Source: Mytilus californianus | Lineage: Eukaryota | Direction of reading: 5' to 3' | DNA length: 64,000 bases | Assembly (NCBI RefSeq): GCF_021869535.1 | Contig: NW_026262582.1 | Coordinates: 11,222,001 to 11,286,000 of the forward strand | Part shown: positions 37,601 through 64,000 of the stretch, piece by piece | Layout: every line of letters starts with the position of its first letter | How positions within the stretch are numbered: position 1 is the stretch's first letter | Translations under genes and position numbers: made by a program | Notes under the pieces: generated by a model | Database searches by the model: none | What the model saw: only the letters and a program-made list of their open reading frames with translations | Told to the model about the DNA's origin: nothing

Positions 37601-39047
37601 GCTTATCTGATAAAATGTATTATATTCACCAGCAAACATGCCAATAAAAGTTTTTTTGTGGTAATTTTTGTGCAAGTTCCAACAGAAAAAACGTTTAGAT
37701 AACTGACAAAATTTAAGAATTCTTTTTTTAAAAAGACCAATTAAAGTAACGAATCAAGTCGTAAAAATAAATAATGTAATATTTGAAATTACAAAATATT
37801 CCAAAATTACCTTATGACATTTGCAAATTTTGGCTTCTCTTCTGTACAAGTAAATAAAAGATAAAATACTATTTACAAATGAATTAAGGAAGTGTAGCTG
37901 GGAAAACGAGAATTTGTTCAATTCTTCCCAATTACATAGCATGTGACATATATTTGGTTTTGATATATCCATCTATCACATATAATTGTAGACAATTTCA
38001 TATCTAAGTGTAGCCTTTGCCTTTAATTTAATGAAGGCAGTGTTAACAAACAAGGTAAAAAACAGAATACATCATGAAAATTTACCATACGTACATGTGA
38101 AATAAGGTAATTCTAATAAACTCGAATAATGATAAACTACAAGTTTTTAAATTACTAGTATATAGATTAAAACATTAATGTATGTATCATTCATCCATTT
38201 ACGACTTTTCTAATATCCATTTATGTTAAACATTCATATAAATATTGAGCAAAGGTAATAGGTACACTCTATATTTTCATCTACAGTATTATCAAATAGC
38301 AAATATGTTTTATAAGTGTTTGAAAAGAATTTGTACAATGTGTACATTTATGTCGAATTCAAATGAATATGCAAGATAAATGGTATATACATTATGTTGA
38401 AAAGTTTTTAGATTTTTCTTTGTACCGTATGATGATAATCATACTATACCGATCTATCATTCAAACAACAGATATTTCATTTAAGAAATTAATATTCAAA
38501 TATTTTTGAAAAAAACATGACTTTATTCACATTTTCCAAATGTGATCAGCCAAACATGATATGTGTGACTGTTGGTCTCAGTACATTACAATCAACACTA
38601 TTCGGTAAATAGATAAATAAACAATTTAGTTTTTCATAAAATATCTAGACCTATTACGAATTCCACCAAATCTACCCTTCTTATGGATTATTTGCACATG
38701 TGTTTGCTTTATAATCACTGACCTGTTTGTATTTTTACATTGCTGAATGTCGACCTTGGGTTACGGGCTTTTATCTATAATGTCATTATCACATGCATTT
38801 CAATTACCAATTGTGATGTTTCGCAGACTTATTAGTTATCAAAGGTCAAGGATATCTCAACCTTTTACAGTCCAGATTTCACCTCCATAACTATATATGT
38901 AGACTTGTCATTAAACGAAACAACAATTACACCAGGGGTTTATTTTGATTTATTTTCGTCCACAATGTTTTAATTACCGGAGAAGATCGGACATTATTGG
39001 AAACTCACACTGGACTAAATGTTTTTAAATATCACAGAATTTGTTCA

Positions 39048-63254
<24,207 letters not shown>

Positions 63255-63858
63255 CTGAAACAAAACATACATTCTACAGCTGTGGCTATACAAATTATAA
63301 CCTTATCAACCCCCATCCCCTTATGCAAAATTTAAAGAGTTGTATATGAAACAGAATACGTATTGACGACTAGTAATAAAAAATGATTGACAGTGTTTTA
63401 TAAGTAATACAATGTACACATAAATTGTAACCTAAATCAAAACATCTTAAAACAGTCAGCATTGTATCTAAGTAACCCAAAGAGTGACAGCATCCGCCAA
63501 TGACTATTTCAAAAACAATAAAACATACCAAGATCAATGCCGCGAGGTTAACATGGTTAATATCAACGAGTTAAAGAGTCAAGTTAAAGGTAGAGACTTT
63601 TCGGTTTAGGTTCGAATCCCTGTATTCTCTTTGTTGTTCCTATTCTTTAAATTTTCCGTTTTTCTTATTTTGTATGTTACTGTGGATATTTTTGTAATAA
63701 TAGCGGGTTTTCCCGTTTATTTTTTTATTATTATTGGCTATTTCACATAATTGAAAAGACAATGATTATATTTAATTTGTCCATTTTTGTTTTATAAATA
63801 TAGTATGTTCATTTGTTTTACTATATATTTTTACAAATGTTTATTCGCATATCCCTAT

Positions 63859-63967
63859 GATTTAACATTGTTGTGCTGATATTTAGAGTAATTATGAATA
63901 TAACTACTTTAAATGTATATATATATATTTATAATTACTCTAAATATCAGCACAACAATGTTAAATC
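63859..63967. repeat. Perfect 37-bp inverted repeat with 35-nt AT-rich spacer
   Basis: GATTTAACATTGTTGTGCTGATATTTAGAGTAATTAT and its exact reverse complement. Confidence 0.9.
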
Positions 63968-64000
63968 TGCAAATTTGTGGAAGCAAATCTTTGTTCTTCC

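Noticed and set aside
63538-63625. GGTTCGAATCCC B-box as a tRNA gene
   Set aside because: No cloverleaf or acceptor stem; at most a decayed SINE or tRNA fragment.

Overview
AT-rich animal genomic DNA. The repeat content resembles a bivalve such as a Mytilus mussel; this is an inference. There are two convergent spliced genes, both with their 5' ends outside the window. (1) On the + strand, an SLC4 Na+-coupled bicarbonate transporter (SLC4A7/8/10-like) has 14 coding exons over 2507-21280, giving 879 aa in phase. (2) On the - strand, a dipeptidyl peptidase 4 (S9B) gene has 15 coding exons over 63254-39048, giving 531 aa in phase with an intact Ser/Asp/His triad. The ORF track almost completely misses this second gene. 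The introns and the 18-kb intergenic gap are packed with mobile DNA. This includes an internally deleted Ty3/Gypsy element with LTRs, PBS, PPT and TSD, nested in the gag of an older retroelement, and Penelope-like RT remnants. It also includes three decayed minimal hammerhead ribozymes, a full-length tRNA-derived SINE with a 13-bp TSD, Helentron/HINE-like elements, several MITEs, a 1.6-kb element with long TIRs, and minisatellites. The most unusual recurring signal is tandem duplication of exon/5'-splice-donor junctions, seen in both genes. Nothing here is demonstrated to be a new system; the best leads are listed under findings.
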